A stretch of DNA of 64,000 nucleotides from Octopus bimaculoides. Taxonomy: Eukaryota. Below, one piece after another: positions 14,410 through 28,269 of the stretch. The DNA lies in contig NC_069000.1 in NCBI RefSeq assembly GCF_001194135.2, positions 1,174,588-1,238,587 of the forward strand. The letters run 5' to 3'. A program made the translations under genes and the position numbers. Position 1 is the stretch's first letter. Every line of letters begins with the position of its first letter. A model generated the notes under the pieces. It was not told the DNA's origin. It ran no database searches and worked only from the letters and a program-made list of their open reading frames with translations.

Positions 14410-14729
14410 NNNNNNNNNNNNNNNNNNNNNNNNNNNNNNNNNNNNNNNNNNNNNNNNNNNNNNNNNNNNNNNNNNNNNNNNNNNNNNNCCCCCCCCCCCC
14501 CTTTTTTTTTTTTCAACTTCTCTCCGTCACTAAATCTAACGAAACCGTACTCATGGCTACATGGCGTGGTCCACACCCCTGAAACATAAATACTACATTC
14601 ATGAACCGTAGTATAATATTTTCCTTTACCAAAAACGATGTGTTTGTTTAGCTTGTATTTTTTTTTCTCGCACCCTTTTGTCGGAGTGGTCGGCTTTCGA
14701 TCTATTACTATCCTGTTGTTGCTTCTTAG

Positions 14730-14778
<49 letters not shown>

Positions 14779-15642
14779 TTTTTTCCATTCCACTCCCTCT
14801 TACAATGAACAGAACTGATTCTATATCGATCCCTCTTTTCAGACAATTACTTTCACATCTAAGATACATTAGATTCGCTGTGTGCGTGTTTTGTTGTCTA
14901 GATTCTATTCTAACCCTGCACGTATACAACACATGTGTATATATTATATACATAGCTGTGTGTATAATTTATTAACGAGCCATTTGTATTTTTTCTCTTA
15001 ATTTTTCAGATGAGATCAGAAAGTTCAATTTCTGCTTGGCTCTCGCTATTTCTATACCGTTCTTTATACACATTTTTATTTCATTTGCACTTCTCCAAAT
15101 CAACGAGTATATATGTGTGTGTGTATATATANNNNNNNNNNATATAATGTATTCTCGGTGTATGCATAAATATAATTCGTTGTATGTAGATATTAATAAT
15201 TTAATACGGGTGTCTGTGTATATATTATAATTAATTATGGTGTGTGTTTACACACACTCATATATACATATACAAACACATGAGTGTATGTGTAATACGC
15301 GCGCACACGCATATACGAACGCATGTTTATAACGCTGAGTTTGTCTACATACATTACATATATACATAATTAACTTTGCCTCCATCCATGTATGCGTGTG
15401 AAGATGTGAGTGCGTTGAGGTTCAATTTACGCACAACACGCCGTTATAATTATGCACGTCGTCACACATATGTAGTGTGTGTGCATACGTGATGTGTAAT
15501 GCTCGGAGTTTGCATATACTTAACACACACGTGTAACACAACGCATGTGTTTTCTACAAATACACACGTAGGAGTAAACGCAGGAATTTATGTATACAAT
15601 TTTCTATATCGAGAAGAGATAATTATTCAACACATTCAAACG

Positions 15643-15700
<58 letters not shown>

Positions 15701-16033
15701 AGGTACACACGTACACTCACACACACAATTTGTCAGACCTCTGATAAAAACGTCGATTAAAACAGTCCGCATCACATCTTTTATTCAGGCATAGTCTAGC
15801 TAAGTCTACATTACCCAAATGTGTAATCTAATTTTTCTTTTTTTAAAACTGTAGGGTGTGGTTTTGGGGAGTTCGTTGTTATTTCTAGCTCATCAAGCAC
15901 TTGCATCATTGGCTACACACACGCACTTTATTCACACGCAGAAACATGTATACATATACCTATTTAAAAAAATATATATATATACATATATATATATATA
16001 TGTATATATACACATACACACATACTTATTTTA

Positions 16034-16064
<31 letters not shown>

Positions 16065-16369
16065 GTTGTGCACATGGTGTGTGTGTGTGTATTCGGCAAA
16101 TGTTTCTCTGAATGAAGCTTTTATTAGGGGGCACTGAGAACAGTTTTTTCACTTATTTCTTAAAACTTCTCCTGGATAGTACACCAGTCCCTTCTTAACG
16201 TGTAACTCTAGAAACAAGTGGCATTTGTTGTTGACACAGAAACTTATTAGCATTCACAGATCTGTCTCTTCATTTAATGTGTAGACGTGTCTGTTGTCTT
16301 TATCAGCATGGCTTGTGTGTGTGTGTGTTGTCTTTATCAGCATGGCTTGTGTGTGTGTGTGTTGTCTTC

Positions 16370-16708
16370 ATGGCTGTGTGGCAAGAAGTTTGTTTTCCAA
16401 CCATATGATCTTCAGTTCAGTCCCATTGTGTGACACCCTGGGGCAAGTGTCTTCTAGTATAGGCCTTAAGCCAACCAGGAGCCTTGTGTGTGTCTGTGTT
16501 TGCCCCCCCACCCTCTTGCTTCACATCCGGTGTTGGTTTGTTTATGTCTGCATGACTTAGTATTTATTTCTGCAAAAGAAACTGATAGAATAAGCACCAG
16601 ACTCAAAAAATAAGTACAGGGGTTGATTTGTTTGCCTAAAGTTCTTTGAGGTGGTGCTCCAGCATGGCAACAGTCTGATGACAAATAAGTGAAAGAATAT
16701 AAGAATGA
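16370..16708 (+). mobile_element. CORE-type SINE copy
   Basis: Head, CORE and tail are homologous to the 40289 copy. Confidence 0.75.
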
Positions 16709-18060
16709 ACATCATCATCGCCCTTTAACATGTTTTCTCCTGCTGTCATGGGTTGGACAGACGAAGGGCTGCACCAAGCTCTGGTGTCTGCTTCAGCATG
16801 ATTTCTACATCTGGACACCTCTCCGAAGGCCAGCTGCTTTACAGAGTGTCCTGGATGGGTTTTGTAGTGGCACTGGCACTGGGGAGGTCACCCAGGTCCT
16901 ACAAGACAAGATTCCTCAACCGAGTGGAATATAGCAATGAGGGATATGAAAATATGATGGGGAGGCAGGAGTGAGGGTCTTGCTGAAGAGGTGGATACAT
17001 GGCTTCCCCGTCTGGAAAGAGAGAGGCAGGATGTGAGGTTAAGGTACAAGGTGAATAGGAAAGGGAGAATAGGGTAAAGGGACAGAAACGTGTGGGTGGG
17101 TCAGTGTGTGCAGTGGGGTGTGAAAAGAGTGTACTCACACACAAAGGCCCTTGAATTGAGGGCTGTTTGTCTTGCAAGTTGCTTAGTGACCCTGCTGGTG
17201 CCACATAAGAAGCACTCAGTACATTCTTTAAAGGGGTTGGTGTTAGGAAGGGCAGTGTCCAGCTGTTGAAAGCATGCCAAAGCTAACAGCAAAGCTTGGC
17301 GCCGTCCTCTACCTTATTAGCTTCTGTCAAACAGTCCAACCCATGCCAGCATAGAAGATGGCCATCGAATGGTAATGAAGAAGAAATTGTCTCAAGTACT
17401 GGTATTGTTATTTTCATGGCACCAGTGGTATAGAGGTTGTCTTCCCCTAAAGAAAACTAAAGAACCTGCTCAAACCCTGTATTGCTGTTCAGTTTGAATA
17501 CATACACAAATATACCGGATGCTTTTGTTCTGGAACCACCAATAATGGTGTCACCTTGGAACTAGCAAGGCAAAAGAGAACATCCATGATGGAAAGGGTA
17601 GAAATTGAAATACAATGGGGAAAATGTATTTTTTATTGTAGGAGTTGGTTGAGGAAAGAGGGCTAGTGTGAGGAAGAGATCAGGATGGACTCTTGAGTGA
17701 GATTAGTGTGAAAGAAGGAGAGGATATAGTAAGGGTAATGGGGTGAATTAAATAAGGGGACCCAGGGATCTCCCACAATATATATATATATACACACATC
17801 ATTATTTTGTGTTTACTCCCTCCGCATACACACACAATGATTTTCCGTCTCCCAAATTCATTCACATTGAGTTTGTGAATGCTTTGACAGGAGACTGTGT
17901 GTGCCACCATGGGCCACACATTGAGATTGAATCCAGTTCTATGTGGTTGTGAAATGAAATTTTTAACCTGATGCCAAGTGCCTGTTACAGCCATGCACAC
18001 ACATAAGTACATATTATATAATGTACATGTGTGTGTGTGTGTATGTATATATATATATAT

Positions 18061-18264
18061 GGGAGAATATACAAAAAATAACAACAGACGAGGACAGGTG
18101 GTGTAAATAACAAAAGTATATATTAGTATGACGCTCGGGAATACGGAAAGTCTTTGACGTTTCGAGCTACGCTCTTCAACAGAAAGAATACGGAGACAAG
18201 GAGAAAAACACGGAGAAAAAAAATTGAATAGTGTTCAGTCAACGGTCAATCATAATAATGGTCA

Positions 18265-18265
<1 letters not shown>
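18061..18265 (-). mobile_element. Penelope-like terminal-repeat relic between (TA)n tracts, with hammerhead motif at 18151-18187
   Basis: The minus strand reads TCTTT-CTGTTGA-A-GAGC-GTA-GCTC-GAAA-C-GTC-AAAGA; stems I and II are perfectly paired. Confidence 0.6.
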
Positions 18266-18338
<73 letters not shown>

Positions 18339-18584
18339 TGTATGATAATGGTCATCATTTTAATGTCCACTTCTCCCTGCTTGTATGGGTAAAATGGAAT
18401 TAATGTGGATTTTATACAGCCAGATGTCCTTCCTGTTTCCATCCCTCAACAGTTTCCCTAAGGCTGGACATGTCTCCATGGTAAATTGGAATGGATGCAG
18501 CTTGTATGATGGTGATGCTTGTTTAGATTTATCATACTGTTGAGACAAGAACACTCACATGCACATGGATGGCAACACACACAG

Positions 18585-18712
18585 AGGCTTCATTCAGTTT
18601 CATCCTACCAAATCTACTTGAACAACTCAAGAGTGTAGTAGAAGACACTTGCAGTGGAACTGACCTTAAAGCCTTGTGGTTTGGAAGCAATCAACCACAC
18701 AGCTATTCCTGT
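18585..18712 (-). mobile_element. Partial CORE-type SINE
   Basis: Reverse complement of the SINE head and CORE (AGAAGACACTTGC...GGAACTGACC). Confidence 0.6.
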
Positions 18713-19130
18713 GTTGTGCATGTGTGTGTGTATACACACACATACATAGATCATCATCATCATCATATGTCCATTTTCCATGCTGGCATAGGTTATACAG
18801 TTTGACAGGAGCTTCTCCAGGCTCCAGTTGTCTGTTTTGGCATGGTTTCTACAACCAGATGCCCTTCCTAACATGCCAACCACTTTGCAGAGTGTACAAA
18901 GGATGCTTTTTATGTGGCACCAGCACAGGTGACACAGACCTGGGTGTTATTTACATGGCACCCCCCCCTCCACATATATAATAAGAAAACAAATGTCTTC
19001 CACACAACAGGTTTACCAAAATGAAACCTGGGTTTCTACCCTTGAATTTTAACATTAGTCGGGAATCCGATAACCTAAATTCAGATTGGGAGCTTCATTG
19101 ATAATACCCTACCATTCTATCTTCCCAGGG

Positions 19131-19222
<92 letters not shown>

Positions 19223-19289
19223 TGCAAACCTTTGTACCTAGTATTTATTGGTTTCGAGAAAGCTTTCAGCAGAGTAGTTAAGACTACTT

Positions 19290-21420
19290 CCTCTGTTAAC
19301 CCTCCTCTGATTCTACTGCACCTCTTATATGTTAATAGCTTGCACTGGGTACACCGTATAGAATTTCTACTTATACCATTTCTACATATTAAGCAGGACC
19401 ATCTCCTCTCCTGCTTACTAGTACTTTGGTCTTTGCTAAGTTAACTTTAAGGCTCTTTGATTCCAGACCCTGCTTCCACATCTGAAATTTCTTCTAGTTC
19501 TGGTAGTAGTTCAACCATAAAGAACGAGGTCATCAGCATGGAGGGGCTCCTGTGTGCAACCAGTTTTAAATTTCTCTGTTATGGCCTGGACGGCTGTGGT
19601 AAGCAAGAGCCTTGGTGAACTTCTACCTGCACATTAAATTTCCTGCTACGCTCTTTGCCAACCCTCACCTTATTGACAGCATCGCTGTACGTGCTCTGTA
19701 CAGCTCTCACCAACCACTCATCTATGCCTAGCTTCTGCAATGACCACCAGATGAGGGAGCAAGGGACCCTGTTAAAGGCTTTCTCTATGTTGACAAATGC
19801 AAGTATGGTGGTTTATTTTTCTCTGAATGCTTAATCCACAGTCTTACTTGGAAGATAGTGTCAGTCGTGCATCTCCCTGGCACAAAACCAAACTGCATCT
19901 CAACTAGGTAAACTCTCTTCTTAATTTGTTCAGCTATGTTCCATTCTGTAACTTTCATGACCTGATCCAGCAATTTGATCCTTCTGTGATTATTTCTGTC
20001 TTAGGCATCTCCTTTACCTGTGTAACAGTTGGTTATAATGCTGTTACATCAGCTGTTGGATAGGAGCCCTTCCTGGACAACCTGATTAACTCTACAGGTG
20101 ACTGAACCATATCCCACTCTGCCAGATATTTTAAGCATCTCAGCAGTGATTCCTGATGGACCAGGGTTCACTCTGTTGACAAATCCTTAATTGCTTTATC
20201 TATTCTGCTGCTGTCAATTCAGATTGTTGGTCCTTCTGTTGGGTCCACATTAGGAAGACGCTTCTCCCGTATATATTCTCCACATTTAGCAACCTTTCAC
20301 AGTGACACTTCCATGCCTCTTCCGTGCAGAATCACTAACTGCAAGTGAACCATCCTGCAAACACACTTCTCTCCTACAACACTGCAATCTAAAACACCTC
20401 AAGCCCTTGGTCCTTGCATTGTAGAACATTAACAAACGTCTTTCTTTCTGCTTCTCTAGCTAAATAAACCTGTCACCCAGTTTCTTTTCTAGCTACCTGG
20501 TATACTTCTCTTCTACCCCACTCTTCCAGATCTTTTGTTTCTTTGCTCTTCTGGCTGTCTCTGCTACACTGCTCCACCACCATGTCACCCTTGCTCTAGT
20601 TGGTACTTTGCACCAGCCACAAATTTGATCTGTGTCCCTCAGTAATTTGTCCTCTGTTATATGTCTCTCCTCCTTTTTTGTCAAATGCTTCAATTAGAAC
20701 ATTGCTAAATTTGACTATTCAAAGGATCTTAAAGCTTTCATATCTTCCTTTTCTGAGCTGGTTTGCTTCTTGGAGTCTTTCTAGCCTAAAGTCTGAAGTT
20801 GCTAATGACTAACCCATTCTTTACCCTGGAAGGTCTTTGTATTTATGAGCAATCCTCTGTTCTGCTTTCTGGTGAGAATGTAGTTAATCTGGGTTTTATG
20901 GCCACCAGCTTGACAGATGATCAGGTGATTGGCTGGTTTCCTAGTTAGTGTTACAGACCATTAGATTGCTTGCATCACAGAACTCCAGTAGCCTCGTTCC
21001 GTCCTCATTTCAGAAACCAACTCTATAGTCTCCATATGTACTATGGGAGCCATCTGAATGTTGCCCAACATCTCCATTCCAATCATCAGCCATGAACATA
21101 AGATCACTGTTATTTGTCATGGAAGTACATTGATAAAGGATATCATTAAATTGATCCTTTTTTTTTTTGCCTGGCTGTCTGTTTGAGGAGCATAGAAATA
21201 ATAGTTGTATCACTTTGCCAAAAAAGTCTATCATGCACTCTCATTACCTTAATCACCTTATCCACCCATTTCTCAGCTTAAAGTATACCCGTGTCACCTT
21301 CCCCATCACTAATGCCTTCCCAGAAGGTTTATACCTATGTTCTTTGCCAGTGAGGAACTTTGACTGAGGCTCCCTTCCATCTTACTTCTTGAATGCATCA
21401 CACATCTACAAGCCTCGATT
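19290..21420 (-). mobile_element. Decayed RTE-clade LINE (endonuclease, linker, reverse transcriptase, PHD-like finger)
   Basis: Minus-strand remnants include endonuclease DWNGDVG (GDFNGHVG-like), linker VTWWWS, RT QFGFVPGRCTTDTIF, HADDL at 19526-19540 (YADD-like) and VNLAKTKVLVS. There are many stops and frameshifts. Confidence 0.9.
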
Positions 21421-22482
21421 CTAGCATCTCAGCAATCTCACCAGCACCAGTCTTACTTTTATATGTGCCCGCATTGAGCGTGCGAATTTTAAGAATACAG
21501 AAAGAGGTAACGAGTGAACAGGGAAATGGGTGCATCTGAAATGAAGCTTTGTATGGACATTTGCTAGCAGGCATGTCATATCAGTTTGTTCCCAAATTTA
21601 TTTACCATCATTCGTTTGTTTCACACTTGGTGCATCTACTAGAAAAGGGTGTGGTATACAAACATTGTTTGTGCAAAGAGAAATGATAATTGATTAATTA
21701 ACTGGCAAGTATCCTTAATTCACTTACATTTCTGCTGTGAAGGGTGTTAACTTTGCCTTTTATATTGTAATAATGTGATTGATAGAATGCTGATATAGTT
21801 GGGGTGGGGGAAGAAGTAATAGCCAGAAGCTTCGTAGATGAGAAATAAAACAAGACAATAGGGATTTGTGTGTGTGTGTATGTAAATTAACAAGAAAATA
21901 AGAGAACAGGAATTGTGTGATTCCATTTATTAGCATACAGCTGTTTAGGCTGTGAAGAACTGCTCCCAGAGTTGAGTAGGAGTGTGACATTTTCTAATTT
22001 AATCAGAGCCTTTGCATCATTTTATGAACTTCATTAGCTTACAGCTGTTTCTGCTGTCAGATAATGAAGTTCCACAAGATGATCGTTTATTCCTTTGTCC
22101 TTTCATTTTCTTATTACCGCTCTGTACTCAACTAATGCTTTGTTCATAAGCATATGTATATTGAGTTCTACATCAGGTTATCAGTATCACTATGCATAAA
22201 CGAAATGTATGTGTGCGTGTATGTAAGTGGTGTTTATAACATAATGTTTCTTCCATGGTTTACAATTGTTTCAACAACTTAAGGTAACAAATCACACATT
22301 ATGTCCGTAGACACTGATGTTAACTATGATTTAGTTATGAATATTGTTCAGAGTATATTACATAATGACAATGGCATGTGTATTATGCAATTTTATGTAT
22401 ATTACATAATAACACCAGTAGTTGTTTCATCAGAACTAATTAAATAAAATAATACATATATTTGTGCGTATATGTGTGTGTA

Positions 22483-22542
<60 letters not shown>

Positions 22543-22589
22543 CATATACAGTGTGCGATGGGTAAAAGGTGAAGTAAGGGTAAAAGGAC

Positions 22590-22870
22590 GCACAGTGTGG
22601 CCAAATGATTAAGAAGTTTACTTTACAACAATGAGATGCTGGGTTCAATCCTATTGCCTGGTATCTTGGGCCAGTGTCATTTTCTAAAGTCATTGGGCAT
22701 TACATACTTCATAAGTAAAATTGGGTGAACAGAAACTGTATCAAAGCCTGTCAGATGGATTATACTAGTAATTCTAAAAGGTTAGGGTTACATTGTCTCA
22801 CATTAAGGGTCTCTGTGGAATACTCAGCCACTTACAAGTGAATTCAAAGAACAAGTAACTCATTTGGGAG
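22590..22870 (+). mobile_element. Diverged SINE
   Basis: GGGTTCAATCC B-box, CTTGGGCCAGTGTC CORE-like segment, tail TCTGTGGAATACTCAGCCACTT. Confidence 0.55.
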
Positions 22871-24329
22871 TATAACTGAATCTTCATTATTGAAAACGGT
22901 GGAGAAATCCTCCAACCATTTGTTGGGACCATTAGTTGTATTTCCTGTTTATCAGATTCGTATGTTTGTAATAAAAATGGTTGTTGTTTTATTGTGCACC
23001 TTTTGCTCTTTACGGTTCAATGATCACACACCTTGTTTGTATTTTTCATGGTTTTGTGCTTTTGTTTTTATTAGTTTGTTGATCTTAAATTCTGTTTTGT
23101 GTATTTTATAGTCCAATGGTTTTCGTCAATAGGATTCCAATTTTTCTTATATACAAACATATTTATGTTGGTGTGTAGTGTTCTGTGTATGTAGCTTGAA
23201 TTAGATGCTTGTGGTTCAATTCCTGTAGTTTTTGTCTCCTTGTATGCATATCTATGGCTTTTTTTTTTCTTTCTGTTTTCCTATCAGTGTTGACATCCCT
23301 GTGTATATACTGCTATAACTGCATCATCATTTGTCTATTCAAACTTTTTTTTTATTTAATGAATTTATGTTGGTATCTGCACTATTTTGGTGGGTATATC
23401 CCTATTTTTTCCCATTTCATGTTTGTTTTTATTTTGTCTTCTTTTAAATCACAGATGTGCTTTGTCAGAGATGTTGCATTTCTGCTGTTCCAGAATGAGT
23501 GCACATGTTGTCTGTATCAAGCTTTGAATGTGTATGTACAAATGTGTGCAAATCTGTGTATCTATCTATGTGTGTGTGTGTCTGTTTCTGTGTGTGTGTA
23601 TATAAGTCTCCAGAAAGTAATTAAATATTACTCTGCAAGCAAGGAATGATGATGCTTAAATAGAAAATTATGCTAGATCTAGTTTACCATTTCTATAGCC
23701 ACCAGTGTATCATCTATAGTAAAGTTTAACCCCATTGAAAGAAAAAAAAATTTAAGGACCATTTGATAGCTGTAAAGAAAGATTGTTTATTGTATAAATT
23801 TTCAAAGGATAACACTAATAGACAAAGCCAATGAAGATCGTTTGTGGAATTCTATCCTGATTTAGTAAAAACTTATAAATGTGGTTTCAAAAGTTTTAAA
23901 ATACTAATTATGATCTGTCTGACAAGACTCATTGTGGGAGACAAACCACTTTGGCTGACAATCTTCTAAGAGAAGCAGCTGAACCTGGCCTTCGTCAAGG
24001 CAACAGATATTTGGCACAGAAATTTAATGGATCACGTTAAACACATAAGAATTGGCGTGAAATATATGTTTGTGTGTGTATAGTGTTATGGTTGTATGGT
24101 TTGAATTAAATGTTTGTCGTCGTCATGCTTTAGTCAGTTCACTGACAATTTATAACACTAAATTATATAATTACTTTCTGTACACCATATATATATATAT
24201 ATAACTATAGCTCTCTTTATCTTACTAACTCACCTGCTCTCCTATTACTCTCTGACTCTCCTTTCTTTTCCAACTGGCATGTCCATGTATCTACACCTAT
24301 CCTTGTCCCTCTGTACCGTTAATCTCTCA

Positions 24330-24700
24330 ACTGGCACACAGCAACCCCTCCCAGACGAGGAGGATTTTGTCTTGCTTGGTGACCCTTTCAGTGCTGGTAC
24401 CACATATAAAAGCACCCAGTAACTCTCTGTTAAGTGGTTTGTATTAGGAAGGGCATCCAGCTGTAGAGACCATACCAAAGCAGACAATTGGAGCCTGGTG
24501 CTGTTCTCAGCCTTGCCAAATCCTGTCAAACTGTTCAACTGATACCAGCTTGGAAAATGAACATTAAATGATCCTGATGATATAATGAGACATTGGACGA
24601 TTTGACTGAGGACTGGTGAAACCGGATGGCAACACCAGGCTCCAATCTGATTTGGCAGAGTTTCTACAGCTGGATGCCCTTCCTGACGCCAACCACTCAG
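24330..24700. mobile_element. Tail-to-tail pair of RTE 3'-end elements
   Basis: The plus copy at 24433-24539 and minus copy at 24593-24697 align by eye. Confidence 0.75.
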
Positions 24701-26679
24701 AATTGGCATTTTGTGCAAGTTTCATTTCCCCAGGAAACTCAACATATCTCATAGTTTCATGACATTCTTCAACAAAAGATAGATTCGTATAAAAAACTGC
24801 TTTCTGCAGTTAAAGGTAATGACATGATTGGATATGTCTGGTTTCTTCAGTAAAAGGGTCAAAGGTGACCCCTATACCTTGTATTTCTCTCTCAAAGTGT
24901 TCTTCCTTAGCCATTCTCTTTCTGGACTCACTTTAAAGGCAGCAGAATAATGATTGTTTAAATGTTAGGGAATATTGACCAGCACACAATATCTCTAGGG
25001 GCCCAATATTCCTGGAGATCCCAAGGGTGACCAAAAGGGGGCCTGGTAGGAGTTTTGGTGAAGGAGAGGTTGTGTAGTGGCATTACTATCCTACTTCCTG
25101 CCTTACGCCATGGGTTAGCCAATGGCAGCAAGCTATAAGTGAGGGGGTTTCAAAGGTTACTACACTGACACACACACACACAGAGTGTAATTAATTGTTT
25201 TCTTTCTATGAGAAATAAAAGAAATTACTATTTCACACAATTTGACATAGTAGATCATTACCCATCTATAACAAAATAACTTTTATTGAAAACCCATGTT
25301 TTCATGGAACTTTGCACAGCTGTTAAGGATAAGAATATGCAAATTATAAAGCATGCTAAGAAATCTATTCTTTTCTACAGTAATAGCATTTGGATAAAGA
25401 TGTAGTTTGGGATGTCAGAGATTCTGCCAAAGTATCAAATCAGTTTGGTATTTTTGTTCATTTCTATCTTGGGAAAAATTTGCAGAGATAATGATCTTTT
25501 AATATCTAAAAGGGACAATGCCAGGTAGATTTAGGAAAGAATTAAGATAAGATATTCTCATATTTCATTCCAACAATTTAAGTGGGTTTCATTAGTTTCT
25601 TGTGATGAGATATCTCTCAACTGGATGTTGAATGCGAATAATGTGCTAAAAACTAGCAGTTTTAAAGCAGGAAGCATTTTAGGAAACTTCTTAGCTATCA
25701 TCTTTCATTTTTGATTTATGTAAGAATAAGAATAAGCAAAACTTTTATACATTAAAGAAGTCTTTCCCTCTGATCATAAGTTAGAAAATATTTAACATAA
25801 ATTCACTCAAAGTAGGCTGTTTTACAATGCTGAATTTTGAAGACACAGTACTTCTGTGAACACTAAGAAGATTATGAAAATTGTGAATAATAATAATAAT
25901 AGTATTTTCATTCATATAAAGTACAAGTGTAATTCTCCAACTGTATTCCCAGTTAATGGAAATTGCCTGGAAGAATCACTGTTGCTACTGTAATAGTGAG
26001 AATTAACCTTAATGGCTTTCAGAATATAGAGATGACTTAACAAGCTTAAATGTCAAACTGACCAACACAAATATATGTTTTGAAAACTACAAAGGAGAAT
26101 GGATGCTCGATTAGTTGTGCATGTATGATTCTTTGAAAGAGGGAAACGTACAACCGAACACTGACCTGGCTTTCATTTTACACATTGATATGTGTAGGTA
26201 TTTAGGTGTGTATCTGTGTGCTTACATGGAGATGTGTATGTATGTATGCTTGTATGCTTTTATCATGATTTTATGTTAGTTTTTTCATGATAGTATCAGT
26301 TAGAAGGGTTGTCATGATCTGAGCCAATTCTCACTCAGAGAGACTCCCTTCCAAGAAAGGTCAGGAACTATGTCTTACATGTTCCATTTTTCATTTCAAT
26401 CACATCCAGAAAATGAGCAAATTTTTTAATTAATGCTTATAATTTTAAGGTTCAGTTCTGTCAGTAATTTTCCTAATCTGTCTGTTATTTTTTTCTGTTT
26501 GAGATATTAAAAGACCCTTTTCTCTTAAATTCCTCCATAGAAAGAACTGACTTTCTTTTCCATCATGCCCTAAATAAAAATACTGATATGATTTGATATT
26601 TCTGCAGAGTCTCTGATACCTAAACCCTCATTAGAAAAGGTCTTCATTATCATTCTTTATCCAAATACTACCACTGTAG

Positions 26680-26830
26680 AAGAGAATCTGTCCCATACAA
26701 AGTCTACCTTTCTCCTAAAATTCTACCACATCTCTTGTACATCCATATTTGCATTGGGTACAAAATATGTAATTTCTACCCACTCCTTTTGTGCATTTCA
26801 AGTGTAGCTACTTCCTTCGTGGCAGCAGGG
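26680..26830 (-). mobile_element. Short RTE LINE fragment (PHD-like finger region)
   Basis: The minus strand translates as CTKGVGRNYIFCTQCK, homologous to the fingers at 19.3 kb and 48.8 kb. Confidence 0.55.
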
Positions 26831-28269
26831 TCCTCTTTTTTCTGCTAAAACTTTCATCTTTGCTTGGTGTACTTGAAGAGGTTTCTCAATTTTAGGTTTT
26901 GCTTCAGAGCTTACAATTAGTTTTGTAAATCTTTGACAGATTCAGCTATGCAGATTAGGAGATCAGCATATAAGAATTCACACAAAGGCAGCTCGTCTGA
27001 AACTTCTCAGTTATGGCCTGGAGGATTATAATAAACAAAAAGGGACTGAGAACTAAGTCTGATGGACACAACTTATCAACTTAATTCTTCACTGAACTTG
27101 GACCATGCTGAGAGCACCACAGACCAATTGGCTCTTACAAACCAATTGCTTATCCTTAGTTTCTGTTAGTGACCACCAGACTACAGAATATAGAATCCTC
27201 ACCGTATTTAACATTTGTCAATCTGGGGAAAAAACCTATGTACATTTACACACACACAGTGTGTTTGTGTGTGTATACACTGATATATATGTATATATTG
27301 ACACATTATATTAATGTTATGTGCCTCCATAGAACTATAATTTGAGCAATACACACAACCATGGCACATGTGTATATTTATCCATAGCTACAGTCCAACA
27401 GGCAGTGTTTTGTCTCTGCATATAGAATTACATTCTCCTGAAAATAGTCAGATTCCAGCCAGTCTAAAAAATGATGGGCAAAAGCAAGAGCTATTTGTTG
27501 ATTGCATGTAATTACTATTGTCAAATTATTATCAGCAGCAGCAGCTGTAATGGTTAGTAGTAGTAGTAGTAGTAGGGTGAAAGATATGTGATGGTTGTTG
27601 TATTTTATAATTGATATATTTACCTCTTTAATCTAAACCCACCCATTCATGTGTACATGATGTCGTATTCGTCTTCACATTCAGTTTTCAGGCTGGCATG
27701 GGTTGAGAGCAGATCATTCTGATCTGAGTCATCCTCTGTTCGATGCTCCTATTTCCATAACGCTGATGACTTCCTCGATGTCATATTGATTTACATTTTG
27801 AGGCCTGGATGCTCTTCCTGTTGCCAACCACTCTACATAGCATACTGGCTGTGTTTTCATGGCTCGAACACTAGAAAGGTTAAAGGGTCCTTGGTTGTAT
27901 ATATATATATATAAAGTTTCATATTTCAAAGTGCAGAGTACTCAATATAACGAATATGGAGTTTATGCAAAACTTTAATAGTTAATGTACAATTTGTCAT
28001 TTCATGTCATTAGTTTCAAGGATATTCAAACTGGCTGAGTGTCATCTGACATCAGTTAACACCACTCTCTCTCTGTTTTTTCTGTTTATGTGTATTTGTT
28101 TATTAAGCAGCAACACTAATCAAGTACTGAGTTAATTTAATCAGCTGCAAATCAGGAGCTGGTGTCCCCAAGGCGGCCCAACATGATCTTCAACTTAGTT
28201 CTAGCTACTATGACACTGGTGCCAGGCCTTATTTGCTCTTGCCCTTCCTTGGACAACATCAGTGGAATT

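Larger units (their letters stand above)
16709..18930. mobile_element. Cluster of RTE 3'-tail elements in alternating orientation (16709-16915 minus, 17165-17385 plus, 18750-18930 minus)
   Basis: All three share the GTTAGGAAGGGCATCCAG...CCAACCCATGCCAGCATGGAA...(GAT)n tail or its reverse complement. Confidence 0.7.
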
